A stretch of DNA of 63,281 nucleotides, the filler included, from Globobulimina sp. (taxonomy: Eukaryota), in assembly GCA_003354225.1 (NCBI GenBank). It is 35 parts of 35 records of this genome, joined end to end, with 100 filler letters (N's around TTAATTAATTAA, not from the genome) between each part and the next. Parts side by side here need not be neighbours in the genome. Positions count along the whole stretch, not along the records: positions 12,685 to 14,396 come from PIVH01012828.1; positions 14,497 to 16,208 come from PIVH01012829.1; positions 16,309 to 18,020 come from PIVH01012830.1; positions 18,121 to 19,832 come from PIVH01012831.1; positions 19,933 to 21,644 come from PIVH01012832.1; positions 21,745 to 23,456 come from PIVH01012833.1; positions 23,557 to 25,267 come from PIVH01012834.1; 28 more parts are not named here. One strand, written 5' to 3'. This document shows, piece after piece, positions 12,749 to 24,704 of the stretch. Both the position numbers and the translations under genes were made by a program. Position 1 is the first letter of the stretch; the number at the start of each line of letters is the position of its first letter. A model generated the notes under the pieces. The model did no database searches, had not been told where the DNA came from, and worked only from the letters and a program-made list of their open reading frames with translations.

Positions 12749-14396
12749 CTTGATACGATACATTATTTTATTTTTTATAAAACTATATCCCGTCAGTTCT
12801 CTCAATAAATGGCATTTGCCCTCATACAACTTTTCCTGAATCATCCAATCGTCGGCTGCATTTTCAAGGATCGCTTTCCTTTTTGCTTCAAACTTGCGTC
12901 TCAGCGTCTTATTACAACCGCAATAACATGTATTCAAACATAAATATGTATTTCGCGAAATATGCGAATATAAATTGCAATTGCATTTACATATTGATTT
13001 ACATGAAAACATTGCAAATATAATTGTTAGAACATGCACAATAATGCCAATTGGATAAACAATAACGTTCAATGGCGGTGGAAATAACCGATCCCTATGT
13101 GCCAAATCAATGGTTGTTTCAATGCGCATAAAGCCGACTTCCTCCTGGGCCTTTTCCTGAAATCTAAAATCATTTTATTGCATATTTTATTCAATATTAT
13201 ATATATAATAATACAAAGACAAAATAACTTTTCATATTCAGTGGTCATCAAAGCAATTAATAAATTCGTCAATATCAACATTCCAATCACAGTTAAAATG
13301 ATTGTAAATACCGCACCAACTGTACTTTCATTATTTGTTCCTCCGCCAATAAACAAATCAAACGAAAATAAAATTGTTGTCCAGAATTCCTGAGGACTCT
13401 CATCCGGATCAGTCAGGTTTTCTAATCCATAAATAAAGTAAAATCCAAATGTAAAGGCTGCGATGGTCACCATCGCCACAGAGAGAAATTTTGCAATTTC
13501 TTTGGCCATCATCTGAACGATCTTAAGTAATCCACCCAAATATTCCGTATTTTGAAACAATGTCAAAAACCGAGTCGACAATAAAAAGATTTGAAAGCCA
13601 AATAGCAATGTATAGATCTTTAATTCTACAGATTCGTTATCATCAATTAAGTCTTTGATATTTTCATATTTATCTGGATATATACTGAATGCCCCCAACA
13701 CAAACCGGTTGATTACAAATAAAGCAATCCACACCACAGAGATCATGATATCCCATACATTCATCAGTCCGGAAACAGAAAAATATTCCCGTCCTTTATC
13801 TAACCATTCGGACACTTCATACAAAATATATCCTAAATTCAATATCCAGAGCGTCAGTTCGAACGCATAGTTCACTCTGCCAACCACAATGCCTTTCGAG
13901 TACAACAGCACATAGCCCAAATATAAGAGAAATAATATCGACAAGGTATGGTTATACCCAACCGGCGAGAGATAAAAACGAAATGGAGTAAAAAATAAAG
14001 TTGGTAACAGATCAGTAAATGACATATCAACGTCTTTTATATCATCTTCTATATAAACGGAAGCCCCATTATGCCAAATATATTTAATCAATGTTAATAT
14101 CCTCTCATTATTTAAAAAAGAAATGCGATGCTGTTCTAATGCTAATTTAATGATTGACATTGGTTGCGACGTGTCGTACAACGGAATTGTTAATAATGCA
14201 TATAACAAATGATCAGATTCAATATTTTTAATACTTTTATGTGCGATATTTTCGAAATTCTGACTAATTTTTGTCCATTCATCGTGTTGAAACTCGTCGA
14301 TATCCGCAATGCTTTCAAAATATTGAGCCATTCTCAATGCGGACGAGATCCGCCAATTGGTTCCATCCACCATATGAAGACAAAGTGTTTTCATTT
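12749..14396 (-). CDS. TRP-type cation channel, internal fragment (intron 13164-13228)
   Basis: Six-TM channel core: WDIMISVVW, RFLTLFQNTEYLGGLLKIVQMM, S6 LTNLLIALMTTEYE, and post-TRP-box LFPPPLNVI. Confidence 0.9.
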
Positions 14397-14496
14397 NNNN
14401 NNNNNNNNNNNNNNNNNNNNNNNNNNNNNNNNNNNNNNNNTTAATTAATTAANNNNNNNNNNNNNNNNNNNNNNNNNNNNNNNNNNNNNNNNNNNN

Positions 14497-15956
14497 GACT
14501 CGCTGTTGATCATAATTTTCATCATTCCCGAGCCACGAAGACAGCGGGGTTTGCTCCATTCAATTTGTTGATTGAGTAAGTTTTTATAATACGGCTTGCC
14601 GTCCGCTGTGAACAACGTCTCCCAATTCGCAGCATTGTCTTTGCCGTCGTCGCCGTCGGCACTCTGCACCGCCAATCCACCGCCACGGCCAACGCCGGCA
14701 CTCTTGCTCTGGACTGGCGTTTTTGTGGTGGTATTGGGATTGGCGTTTCTCTGCACCACGGATTTGGGCAAAGGTGGCGGTTTTTTCCTGCTCCGTTTGT
14801 CGCTCGCATCGTCGTAGAAGAAATTCAATAAATGTGACACTTGACTGATAGTCACGTAATCCGAATATAGATCATTCCATACGAGGCAATGTTCGTTGAT
14901 GTAATTGTTGGCAAACATGTCTTTTAACTCATACTTATTCACCATCCGCTCGCTCACTTTCTCTTTGTGAGGGTCCACGTAATACCACCAGTCGTCATCG
15001 GAGAGGGCAAATTGCGGCGGCTGCTTTTTGGCTGTCGCCGAGGATGGATCTGAAACGCTCTGTGATTGGGATTGCGATTGGGATTGCGATTGGGATTGGT
15101 TTTTGTGGTGTTTTTTGTCAGTCTCGTTGAGGTTGGTTTTGCTGCCGCTATAATTCCACTGTATATTGTTGTCCATCCCGTTGGTGTTGACGCGGCTATG
15201 TGATACGGTGTTGCTGTTGGTTGGGTTGTGTGTTTGTGCTTGCTTTGGATTTGTGGGGGTTTGCTTTGACCGGTTATAATTACTGTTGCCTCGGCTATGT
15301 TGATTGAAATTGGTGCTGCGATTATAGGCGTTGTAGTTACTGTCGCCGCGGTTTTGTTGGTTGTTGCGATTATTGCGGTTAAAATTGGCATTATTTGGCA
15401 TATTGCCACGATTATGGTAGCGGTTTTGGTTAATGTTGTTGTTGTAGTTGATATTGTTGCGGTTATTTTGGTTGTAATTGGCGCGATTATTGTATTGATT
15501 GTTGATATTGCCTCTGTTGGCATTGTTATTATAATTATTTGGACCTCTTTGTTGGTTTGGATTATTGTATGAGTTATTGGCATAATTTGGGCCTCTTTGG
15601 GCTTGGTTTTGATTGTAATTTTGTTGTCGTTGATTTTGATTTTGTACATTGGCTCGATTATTTTGATTATAATGTTGCCACTTATTATTCCCTCGAAAGC
15701 CTCGGTTGTTGTTGCTATTATTTCTCTGGTTGGCTACGAACTGATTATTTGGACGGGTTTGGTTGTTTGGATATTGATTATTTTGTATGGGTCCACCTCT
15801 TCGTTGCGTCGACTGATTTTTATAATTATAATTTGCAGATTGCTTCTGGTTCTTATTCATATTTTGAGTTTTATTATTTGCGGGGAATTGAAACTGTGCA
15901 TTTGGTGCTGGTTTGTCGTCGATTTGATTGGGTGGGTTATGGACCGTGGCAGTCAT
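14497..15956 (-). CDS. Asn/Gln-rich protein with GYF_2-like and WW domains, 3' truncated
   Basis: About 250 aa N/Q/R-rich region; WWYYVD...LKDMFANNYINEHCLVWN (GYF_2-like); WETLFTADGKPYYKN...EWSKP (WW). Confidence 0.8.
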
Positions 15957-16370
15957 GCTCGGCGGCGGTGAGATGGGGATTTTATTTTGTTTTTCCTCAA
16001 TTTTAATATTTATACTTTCGGCGGTGGGAAAGGGTTTGACTGCAATGGATAGGTATGTTTGTTTTATTTTCGGCTTTGGTGTTTGTTTTATTTTTATTGA
16101 TACATTGGATGCAATTTCAGAAATGTTTTTGGTTGATGTTGATTTGTAAAATGAAGTTATTGAACGTTGATTTATGTTTTTCTTCTTGTTTTTACTATTT
16201 TGCTTTTTNNNNNNNNNNNNNNNNNNNNNNNNNNNNNNNNNNNNNNNNNNNNTTAATTAATTAANNNNNNNNNNNNNNNNNNNNNNNNNNNNNNNNNNNN
16301 NNNNNNNNGGCTGGGCGACCTTATGATTTTCTGTAGTTTTGTAGTGGTTTCTCGTGCTGCAGATTGACCT

Positions 16371-17999
16371 CTATAGTGATAAAGGAGCGTAAAGGATCGT
16401 AAAGGAGCGTTGTGATGATAATGACATATCGCTCAAAATGTTAACGACAATCTCATCGTGCACAGCAATGTTTGGATTTGGAATATCGGCGATCAATGCG
16501 ACCTGTTTCCCGCTGCGAGGTTCAATTTTTGAGATGTCCGATAAACTTAATGTTGAAACGGAAGTAGAAAGTGACTGATTCGCCGAGGGAGCATTTGATT
16601 GAGCACAATCCAGAGCTAATGAGGAGTTATGAGATGATGCAGTACTGCCACGCGAGAATGTATCCACTGATGTATGAAATATGGTGTTCACAAACGAGGT
16701 GAAGCTCTGATCGGTGCTGTCAATAAATGCATTAATATTATTGCTCCGAATGCCATTATTCACCATATTCTTAAAGAACAGCGTCGAGGACTTCAGACGG
16801 AATAGTCTCTCTGAGGCGAAACCATTGAACGCTAATAATGTATCATTCGGACATTCACAGCTCATACACCAATGTTTATAAGAATTCCATTTCGTTTTGA
16901 GCTTATAAAGTATGATCAAATTGTAACAGAACAAATGACCATAGTTCGAGCAGTATTCGCATTGAACAATTTTATGGCGATAGTCATCACTACGCCATTG
17001 CTCGTCGGGTCCGCTAGTACAGGAACAGAGCCAATGATCGCCATCTTCGCCCCATTTAACGTGAAATTTGCCACGTTGCCGTGCTTCCGGGTGCTGGGAC
17101 AAAGAAACGGGCAGTAAGGTCGACGGGCGTAATGGGGGGTTGTTATTGGATAATATCTGAGATGCATTCACATAGTGTGGCAAAAAATGATCTTTAATGT
17201 CGTCATTATCATTATCGACAAATTTAAACTGCGAGGATGTTTCCGACGAAACAACCGAGCGCGCCGTCGAAGATTGTAATTGATTATCGACGGTATTAAC
17301 ATGGTGCGGAACAACGGGTATCTGAGCCGGTGTAACATCATTATCATTATCATTCAGATAATGTAAACAATCCGAATCATGCATATCATAGTCAGCAATA
17401 ACCGGATTAACGGAATTGTCGCTCATCGATCTTGACGTATTACATTCTGTATAATGAGATTCGGAGTGAGCCAAATTGTCGACTAAATCCTGTGTAATTT
17501 CGTTGTCGATTGAACTCCGTAATGCGTTAATGTTGGCTCCGAAGTCCACGGAACAATTAGATGGATGCGACAAAACGGATTGCCGAATTTCGTCATACAA
17601 ATTGGTTTGCGATCCAATTTGTATACGATCGGCGTTATCTGACCGACCTGAACTTAAATCGCTGTTATTGTGATCTAAAAGAGGATGGGATCTGTTATGT
17701 GTGTTATTTGTGACAACAGAGAGTGAGGCATGAGAAGAATTAGCCGGGCTCACGTTTGGCCGGCTATTCCTGTCTAAAATGCCGTTATCATAATTCATAG
17801 AGGCTGGGGTGATGCGTAATGGCCGTTGGATCTGAGCGTGATTCGCGACTGGCCTTGGAATGTGAGTTGGATCTCTTAAATTATTCAAAATGGAATTACT
17901 ATGATTCTGCTGATCCAATTGCTTCTGTGTCAAGCTAATGCGGCATTTCTTATAGAATTTCGACGACGATTTAACGTCTAAAACGTGAACTAATTTCAT
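16371..17999 (-). CDS. Ser/Asn-rich protein with a PHD finger
   Basis: WLCSC...VQCEYC...HLFC...WCMSC gives the C4HC3 spacing. Confidence 0.7.
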   Translation of the reverse strand: MKLVHVLDVKSSSKFYKKCRISLTQKQLDQQNHSNSILNNLRDPTHIPRPVANHAQIQRPLRITPASMNYDNGILDRNSRPNVSPANSSHASLSVVTNNTHNRSHPLLDHNNSDLSSGRSDNADRIQIGSQTNLYDEIRQSVLSHPSNCSVDFGANINALRSSIDNEITQDLVDNLAHSESHYTECNTSRSMSDNSVNPVIADYDMHDSDCLHYLNDNDNDVTPAQIPVVPHHVNTVDNQLQSSTARSVVSSETSSQFKFVDNDNDDIKDHFLPHYVNASQILSNNNPPLRPSTLLPVSLSQHPEARQRGKFHVKWGEDGDHWLCSCTSGPDEQWRSDDYRHKIVQCEYCSNYGHLFCYNLIILYKLKTKWNSYKHWCMSCECPNDTLLAFNGFASERLFRLKSSTLFFKNMVNNGIRSNNINAFIDSTDQSFTSFVNTIFHTSVDTFSRGSTASSHNSSLALDCAQSNAPSANQSLSTSVSTLSLSDISKIEPRSGKQVALIADIPNPNIAVHDEIVVNILSDMSLSSQRSFTILYAPLSL

Positions 18000-18509
18000 G
18001 CATCGCAGCTCAGCTAAAAANNNNNNNNNNNNNNNNNNNNNNNNNNNNNNNNNNNNNNNNNNNNTTAATTAATTAANNNNNNNNNNNNNNNNNNNNNNNN
18101 NNNNNNNNNNNNNNNNNNNNAAATGCATCAAATGGATCAAATACAAATGGTAAAATTAATAAACTTAATGATACATCCAAAGGACAAGAAAAAAAGAAAA
18201 AGAAAATTGTGAAACCAGCATCTTCAAATCCAAATTATAAATATAATTATAATATAAATTTAAATCAAGTACAAATAGCAAAGAAACCACAAAAAAAGGA
18301 TTCACCCAAAGCCATGTCTGCAAAGGATCGGATCAGAGAAATGAATCAAAGATTTCAAAAACAATAAACAAATTATTCAAATAAAAGTGCCATTTTTATG
18401 TTTTCTTTCTGTTGAAATATTTTTTTTTCAGGGTTAGTTTTTTTATTCACACTTTTTTTTTCAGTCAGTTATATCTCTAACTCATCCACTTCAATAATCC
18501 TTGTCGGAA

Positions 18510-19798
18510 ATGTTATTATTTGAAGATGATTTTATCAGACAAGAAGGTGGTGCACCATTACTGATGCAAAATCATCTATATCTCCATGACCCTAAAAACG
18601 CAGAGATTGCATGGAAAAAAGTAAAAATTTGGAGCAAATTATTATTGGATCAAGAACCACCATCAATTGCATTCGATGATGAAAAAAGACTGCCAGACTT
18701 AAACAATTTAAATTTAAACCCTTCTCAAGATAACAATAAATCTGATGATAAAAAGTCGGAAAATTACGGATTAAAAATAATGAAAAAACCCGACCGAATC
18801 ATTCGTAAAGATGCGGAACGCACATTTTTAACCGAACCAAAACGTGAATTATTAATCACCATTTTAGAATCCCTCAAAACATTATTTAATGATTATCAAC
18901 AAACAATGTCCTATGTATCTGGTATATTATTATTATTTTTTCCGCCTAAAACCGTATTTGAAATGATGTTTATGCTCGGCAGGTCTCCTACGTACAATAT
19001 GTCTGGTATGCATACCCTAGTTATCCTACACTGATAATAAATAAATCTGACATAGGATACTGGCGAAGTGAGGCTGTAGCACAAGGCATCGATGCATATG
19101 TTTTATTTGAAATGATCAAGAAAATAAATCCCAAATTATATCAACATTTAACGGATATGAACGTGTTACCTGACACATTTATACAGAAATGGTTTGGTGG
19201 TTTGGCAGTGCAGGTCATGCCCGTTCAGCATTTGCTTGACTTTTGGACCGGATATTTTAGCCATGGTTTCCGCTATTTATTTAAATTCGCAATTTCATTG
19301 TTACAAACCTTGTCTCCTTTGTTATTAGCAACACATTTAGATTATCAATTGTATGAAGTATTGCGCGTTGACAGGAAAACAAAGTTCTGGCAATGTATTG
19401 GGGTCAATGATAATCGGAGTGTGAATGAAAAAGTATCATTGTTTTTTATTAAAGTATTGAGCGATACCAATTCCATTGGCGATTTACATAACATTGATGA
19501 TATTGACTTTCAGAAAGAGAGAGAGTATGCATTTAATCAGTATCTTTGTAAAAGATTTTTAAATGCTGCGCAAATGGTTACTTTTAAGGGCTATGAAATT
19601 GAATCAGATGGGAATGAGGAAGACGATGAGTTTAAAGATTGTGAACAATGTGATGATGGATTTGCGGAAGTATTTTGTCAACAATGTCAGGTTTATCTTT
19701 GTGATGAATGTCATGAGCATCCAACTGGTGATCATTCAGTTACTCACGCAGTTCAAGCATTGGACTTAAGTGGGGATGATACACTTAATATTGACTGA
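18510..19798 (+). CDS. TBC-domain Rab GTPase-activating protein with C-terminal B-box (intron 19006-19055)
   Basis: IRKDAERTF (R finger), YQQTMSYV (Q finger), FIQKWF; tail CEQC...FCQQCQVYLCDECHEH...H. Confidence 0.9.
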
Positions 19799-20163
19799 TT
19801 TTTGAAAAACTTTGTTTTGATTTTGAATAATTNNNNNNNNNNNNNNNNNNNNNNNNNNNNNNNNNNNNNNNNNNNNTTAATTAATTAANNNNNNNNNNNN
19901 NNNNNNNNNNNNNNNNNNNNNNNNNNNNNNNNTTGGATTTTTGTAGCGAATTGCAAACAACAACAAAAAAAAAAAACTTTTAGTTTCATAACTTTTCTTC
20001 GCATATAACTAGCAAACACAGTAAGTCAGCAACCTGCGAATAACCGTATCAAACGTCCATGTTATTATCCTTGCACTCGACAGTTAACTTTGCCAATGTG
20101 TTATATGAAGACAAGACGAGACGAGACGAGACAATAGTTTATGATTATATGTTTAAGTCACAA

Positions 20164-20668
20164 TTAATGATCGTGTCCGCTTCCGTGTCCATGATGATTC
20201 TCAGGATCCAATGGATTATGTGGAGATCTGTATTCATCCAAGAAATTCTTTTTATGATCATGTCCATCATCAATACCATACAATTCATAAAATCGTCGTG
20301 ATACCATTGCTCTCACTCGATATGAACTAAATATATATATGCGAATATATTTTTATTTGGATATGATATTTTATGATATGACATAACTCATTATTTAAAC
20401 ATCGCGTATATGCAATTTGTAATTCTTTACATCTAAATGGTGCATAAAAGGTGAGTTTACGACATCTATCCAACGGAATACAAAGATGAGTACATAAATC
20501 CCTCATTGATTGGACAACGCCTTGTCGTACACAATCGCGTTCTGATACTTTCATAACATGTCTTTTTGTTGGATCACGTAAGTATTCTGTATCCAAATCC
20601 AAATCTTTCCATTGATCTTCGATCCGAATCCTCCTCTCTGGAGGTTCAAAATAATCCATTAGTGGCAT
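20164..20668 (-). CDS. NDUFB7: NADH dehydrogenase 1 beta subcomplex subunit 7 (B18) (intron 20327-20387)
   Basis: RDLCTHLCIPLDRCRK..FYAPFRC..LQIAYTRC twin CX9C pattern typical of NDUFB7; second exon in frame. Confidence 0.85.
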
Positions 20669-21495
20669 TGCTTATTTATTGAGTTAATTATGTCAAATTT
20701 TACAATTAAAATCCAATGAGCTATTATTTTATTTGATGGCTAGCTCACTTCAAAAAAACTTCAATATTTAACATCTCACGGGTTAGGGTTGACAAAAAAA
20801 ATAAAATCATTCAAAACGCAATAATGTTACATAATATTATCAAAAATATTTTACTTTCAAAACTGGATATGGTTGATATTTTTCATCACTCCAACCATCC
20901 ACTTGTGTGTAATCATTGCATAGAAAAAATGATACTCTTTTATGTTGGAATTTGATATTCATTTTTTCCAAATGATCTCTAAAGCAACAAAAACACTTTA
21001 ATTTAATCGGAAAAACTGAAAGTTGCAACATACCGAATTTTATTATACGCAGTTTCATAGCAATTACCAAAACAAAGAAACCAGAACAAACCCATTGAGA
21101 AACAATGAACTGGCCATAAGACAGGAAATAAACAACAATTTGTTTGGCATTGGGCATCGCCCAAATATTTGTTGATTGGAGATACAATGTTTTTGTATTC
21201 ATTTGCTGATAATATCGATTCCAACTACATGATAGAAAACACATCAGTTAGTATATAGTTGCATAAAGTAAACAGATTTAATGGGATAGTATATACTTGA
21301 ATTGAGGCGCAAATAGAAATCGTTGATTGGTTGTTAATGGTTTAGGATGTAGCGAAATTGACGAGGACATGGTTGAAATGAGGAAATCAACGAAATTAAC
21401 GAGGACAAAAGAAAAACTTTAAAGTAAGCTTGTCGTTGCGATAATGCGAATGTGTTGGTTAAATTTGCAGCTGGTGAAAAAACGTCTGACATTGG

Positions 21496-21644
21496 AAAGA
21501 GCATCCGGTTTACAGCGTCAGATTTTTATTGTTTCTGAGAAACGAAGGCAAACCTATATTGTTTTTACCTTTATCAGTCACCAGAAACGGTTTGCGTATA
21601 CCTTGCCCCAATAAAAATCTGACGCTGAAGACCGGATGCTCTTT
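21496..21644. repeat. 36-bp inverted repeat, MITE-like; right arm cut by contig end
   Basis: AAAGAGCATCCGGTTTACAGCGTCAGATTTTTATTG versus the reverse complement of 21609-21644: 2 mismatches. Confidence 0.85.
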
Positions 21645-21757
21645 NNNNNNNNNNNNNNNNNNNNNNNNNNNNNNNNNNNNNNNNNNNNTTAATTAATTAA
21701 NNNNNNNNNNNNNNNNNNNNNNNNNNNNNNNNNNNNNNNNNNNNTTTAAAGATGTTT

Positions 21758-22358
21758 TTATTTACCGCCCAAACAATCGACCTTTAAATTGCCAGTGTCG
21801 GGACCTGTTATTTGTGCCCATCTGCAACTTGTGTCGTCTACACACGATATGGAACAATCACCGTGCAATGGACACGTAATCGCCGCAGAGACACAGGCTC
21901 GGTCATTGCCTGCACAGTTTATGCTGTAATCACCGTGGTTTGTTTCTAGAATGCTTCCATGGATTTGGATATCTCGACAATGATCGGTTGAGGAAGTGCA
22001 TGATAAGTTAAAATTGCCAGTTGATAATGTTGCATTGATTGTTGATTGTCTGCAGGCTTGGCCTCCTTCGCAATGTATGTTGCAATCGCCTCCATTCTCG
22101 GGGCAGTTGATGGTAGTGCCCATACAGGATTTGGCTTCGTCACAGGCTACGAAACAGTCTTCGTTTGGGTTGCAACTTATGATGCTGTCCCGACATTGTT
22201 CAACTTTGCAATCGATGGTGTTGCCTATTGTATTGTGGGCTAATTATTTTTTGTTTTGGTGTGAATGGCATTTAAATAAGTTGGTGAGATGGCAGTGCAT
22301 ATATATCTATACCGAGGAAGGTGAATATAGCGATGTTGGAAACAAGTGATTGCAGCAT
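21758..22358 (-). CDS. Secreted/surface cysteine-rich repeat protein, 5' part (intron 22240-22312)
   Basis: Signal-like MLQSLVSNIAIFTFL spliced to repeated units such as INCP..GGDCNIHC..ACR. Confidence 0.8.
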
Positions 22359-22629
22359 TTTCAGTGCAGAGTATTTTGATGTAATGTCGAAAAATTACAG
22401 GTTTGTGACTTTGTGGTAGGTTTGTTATAGAAACAAAGTGAGCGGCAAACCAAGGTTAAGACGGGATTATTAAATTTTAATTTCAAGAATGATACTTTTA
22501 AGATTAATTAATAAAAAAAATAAATAAAATACAGAAGAAAAAAATATAAGAAAAAAATTATTACTAATCTATGAAACAACAATTATTTATAAATCAAATT
22601 AAAGGAAACTAAATAAAATTAAAGCAAAA

Positions 22630-23421
22630 CTAAATGGGAGTTAATTGAATTGGATGATCATAAACCGAATCGTTTCTCGAGCCTCGATGACTTCTATGAG
22701 ATCGCGAAGGATCCATTTTATGCATATGCGAGTAATGTGACCTTGAATGACTTCTATGCGATCTTGAATAGCTTCTATGCGATCTCGACGCATCATACGG
22801 CGGAATTCGCTGCGTCTGCGGCACTGTCACTTGATGCAAATCATGTATATTCTTTCTAATTTGCGCACAGCCAACGCACAAACACGTGATTATAACCAAT
22901 CCGACGCCACTTAAGATAAAGATATCCGCTCTCACCTTCTGCGTAAAACTTTTATCACTGAGCCCAGTATGCGTATTATCATTGACTGTGTTGTTTGTGG
23001 CTGATATTAATACCGTGGATGTTGTGGATATTTTTGTCGGTCTTGCAGTCGGTGACAGTGTTGCCAATTTTGTGGGCGCTGCTGACATCTGAGCACTGTT
23101 ACAATTGCTAACCGTGTCGGCACCGCACGACCACGCATCCTCTGCAATATCACAGGAAATGGCATAGTCTTCTCCACATCGCATTATTCCATCATGCGCC
23201 TCGCCAAAAGTGCCATTGTATTTAATATGGATATCTTGCCACCCATTGATTGCGTAAAGTTTTATGCCTTGGCCAGTGTCGGTGGTCGGTGGCATGGATG
23301 GTTTGTGCGTCGGTTTAGCGGTCGGCGCGTATGTTGGTGACGCTGTTGGTGGCAACGTTGGCGATGTGGGTGACTGCGTTCCTTTATCTTTACCCAAATT
23401 GTCATTACCTTTACAGTACAA
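22630..23421 (-). CDS. Type I membrane protein, 3' part (PT stalk, Cys region, TM helix, SRSH-repeat tail)
   Basis: (PTxx)n stalk, hydrophobic TM IFILSGVGLVIITCLCVG, cytoplasmic SRSHRS repeats; probably a tandem paralog of the neighbouring gene. Confidence 0.75.
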   Translation of the reverse strand: MYCKGNDNLGKDKGTQSPTSPTLPPTASPTYAPTAKPTHKPSMPPTTDTGQGIKLYAINGWQDIHIKYNGTFGEAHDGIMRCGEDYAISCDIAEDAWSCGADTVSNCNSAQMSAAPTKLATLSPTARPTKISTTSTVLISATNNTVNDNTHTGLSDKSFTQKVRADIFILSGVGLVIITCLCVGCAQIRKNIHDLHQVTVPQTQRIPPYDASRSHRSYSRSHRSHSRSHYSHMHKMDPSRSHRSHRGSRNDSVYDHPIQLTPI

Positions 23422-23856
23422 ATTGAGAGATATATATTTGTATACTTAATGCGATGNNNNNNNNNNNNNNNNNNNNNNNNNNNNNNNNNNNNNNNNNNNN
23501 TTAATTAATTAANNNNNNNNNNNNNNNNNNNNNNNNNNNNNNNNNNNNNNNNNNNNAATTTATTTCCTGTGCGCAGGCTATATTTTTCAATGTCATCTTC
23601 TTCATAATCCATATTATATGTCCTCTAAACAATTCACTGATAAAAATATAACGCACACCCAAGAAAAAAGTGACCAACACACCAGAAAAAAGTGACCCGC
23701 ACACGAAATAAGTATAACTCGCACCAACTAATTAGAACACACACATTGTTCAAAATAAATACAAAACAAGCAGGTGTTTGCAAGTGAAAAAAAAAATATG
23801 TAATAATGCGTTTCTTTCATTGTATACTAGAAATAGAGAGTTGTTTAGCATTGTAA

Positions 23857-24642
23857 TTAGTAAACATACATACCTCCAAAAGTGAATCCAACAAGAAATA
23901 TTCCAATGGTGTAGGGTTTACTGAATACGAATAGTATGGTTTGTAAGTAGGATGCCTCAGTCTTCTCTTCATCAACATTGGTGTCGCTATCTTCTTTTTG
24001 TTTGCCCAATGTGTGTAATAGCATATCTTCATCAGTGAAGTCGGCAACTTCCATCGACTTCGACTTCGAGTGCTTTCTAGCAAATGCATTGCAGAAAGCA
24101 ATTACAATTGGAATCACAAAAAGTGAATGCAAATAAATGACCCAATGCAATTCCATCACATAATCTAATAAAACGCCAATGATTATATGAAATGAGCCCC
24201 ATGCAAGCGAATCGAACACAAGTATTCTTCCATAATATTCTTTTTTGCCCGACAATCTGAGCATAGTTAGTGACTCAAGAATTGGTAATCCAACTGCGCC
24301 AAAAAAAGAAACTAGAAACATTATTGCAATGAAATAAGTAAATAATACATCGACATTTGTTATATCGAACCAATAATAAGGAACTAAATACAACAACGTT
24401 GTGAAACATGTGAGTGTATAGGAACATAAACCAAATGCAAAACGATGATGGCTCCAATCCGCACACATTGATAAAATTGGGGCAGAAATAGAATTGGTAA
24501 TATATTCAACACTCAATAAAATTCCCAATTGCGAGTCAGTAATTCCCTGTTCTACAAACAAAAGAGGTAGATATCGTCCAGTACATGCTCCTCGAGCAGT
24601 GGTTGTGAAATACAGCAATTGCAAATCCAACAGTTTCGGCAT
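23857..24642 (-). CDS. MFS transporter (MFSD6-like), first exon
   Basis: YLPLLFVEQGITDSQLGIL, APILSMCAD, YGRILVFDSLAWG; likely start MPKLL at 24642; GTATGT donor near 23873. Confidence 0.85.
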   Translation of the reverse strand: MPKLLDLQLLYFTTTARGACTGRYLPLLFVEQGITDSQLGILLSVEYITNSISAPILSMCADWSHHRFAFGLCSYTLTCFTTLLYLVPYYWFDITNVDVLFTYFIAIMFLVSFFGAVGLPILESLTMLRLSGKKEYYGRILVFDSLAWGSFHIIIGVLLDYVMELHWVIYLHSLFVIPIVIAFCNAFARKHSKSKSMEVADFTDEDMLLHTLGKQKEDSDTNVDEEKTEASYLQTILFVFSKPYTIGIFLVGFTFGGMYVY

Positions 24643-24704
24643 TGTTAAAAAAACAGTTTTTATGCATGCCACAGAAAATAAACTCGCACACATTAAATCC
24701 TCGA

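Noticed and set aside
20779..20790. GGGTTAGGGTT as telomeric sequence
   Set aside because: Under two units and internal to a contig; expected by chance.
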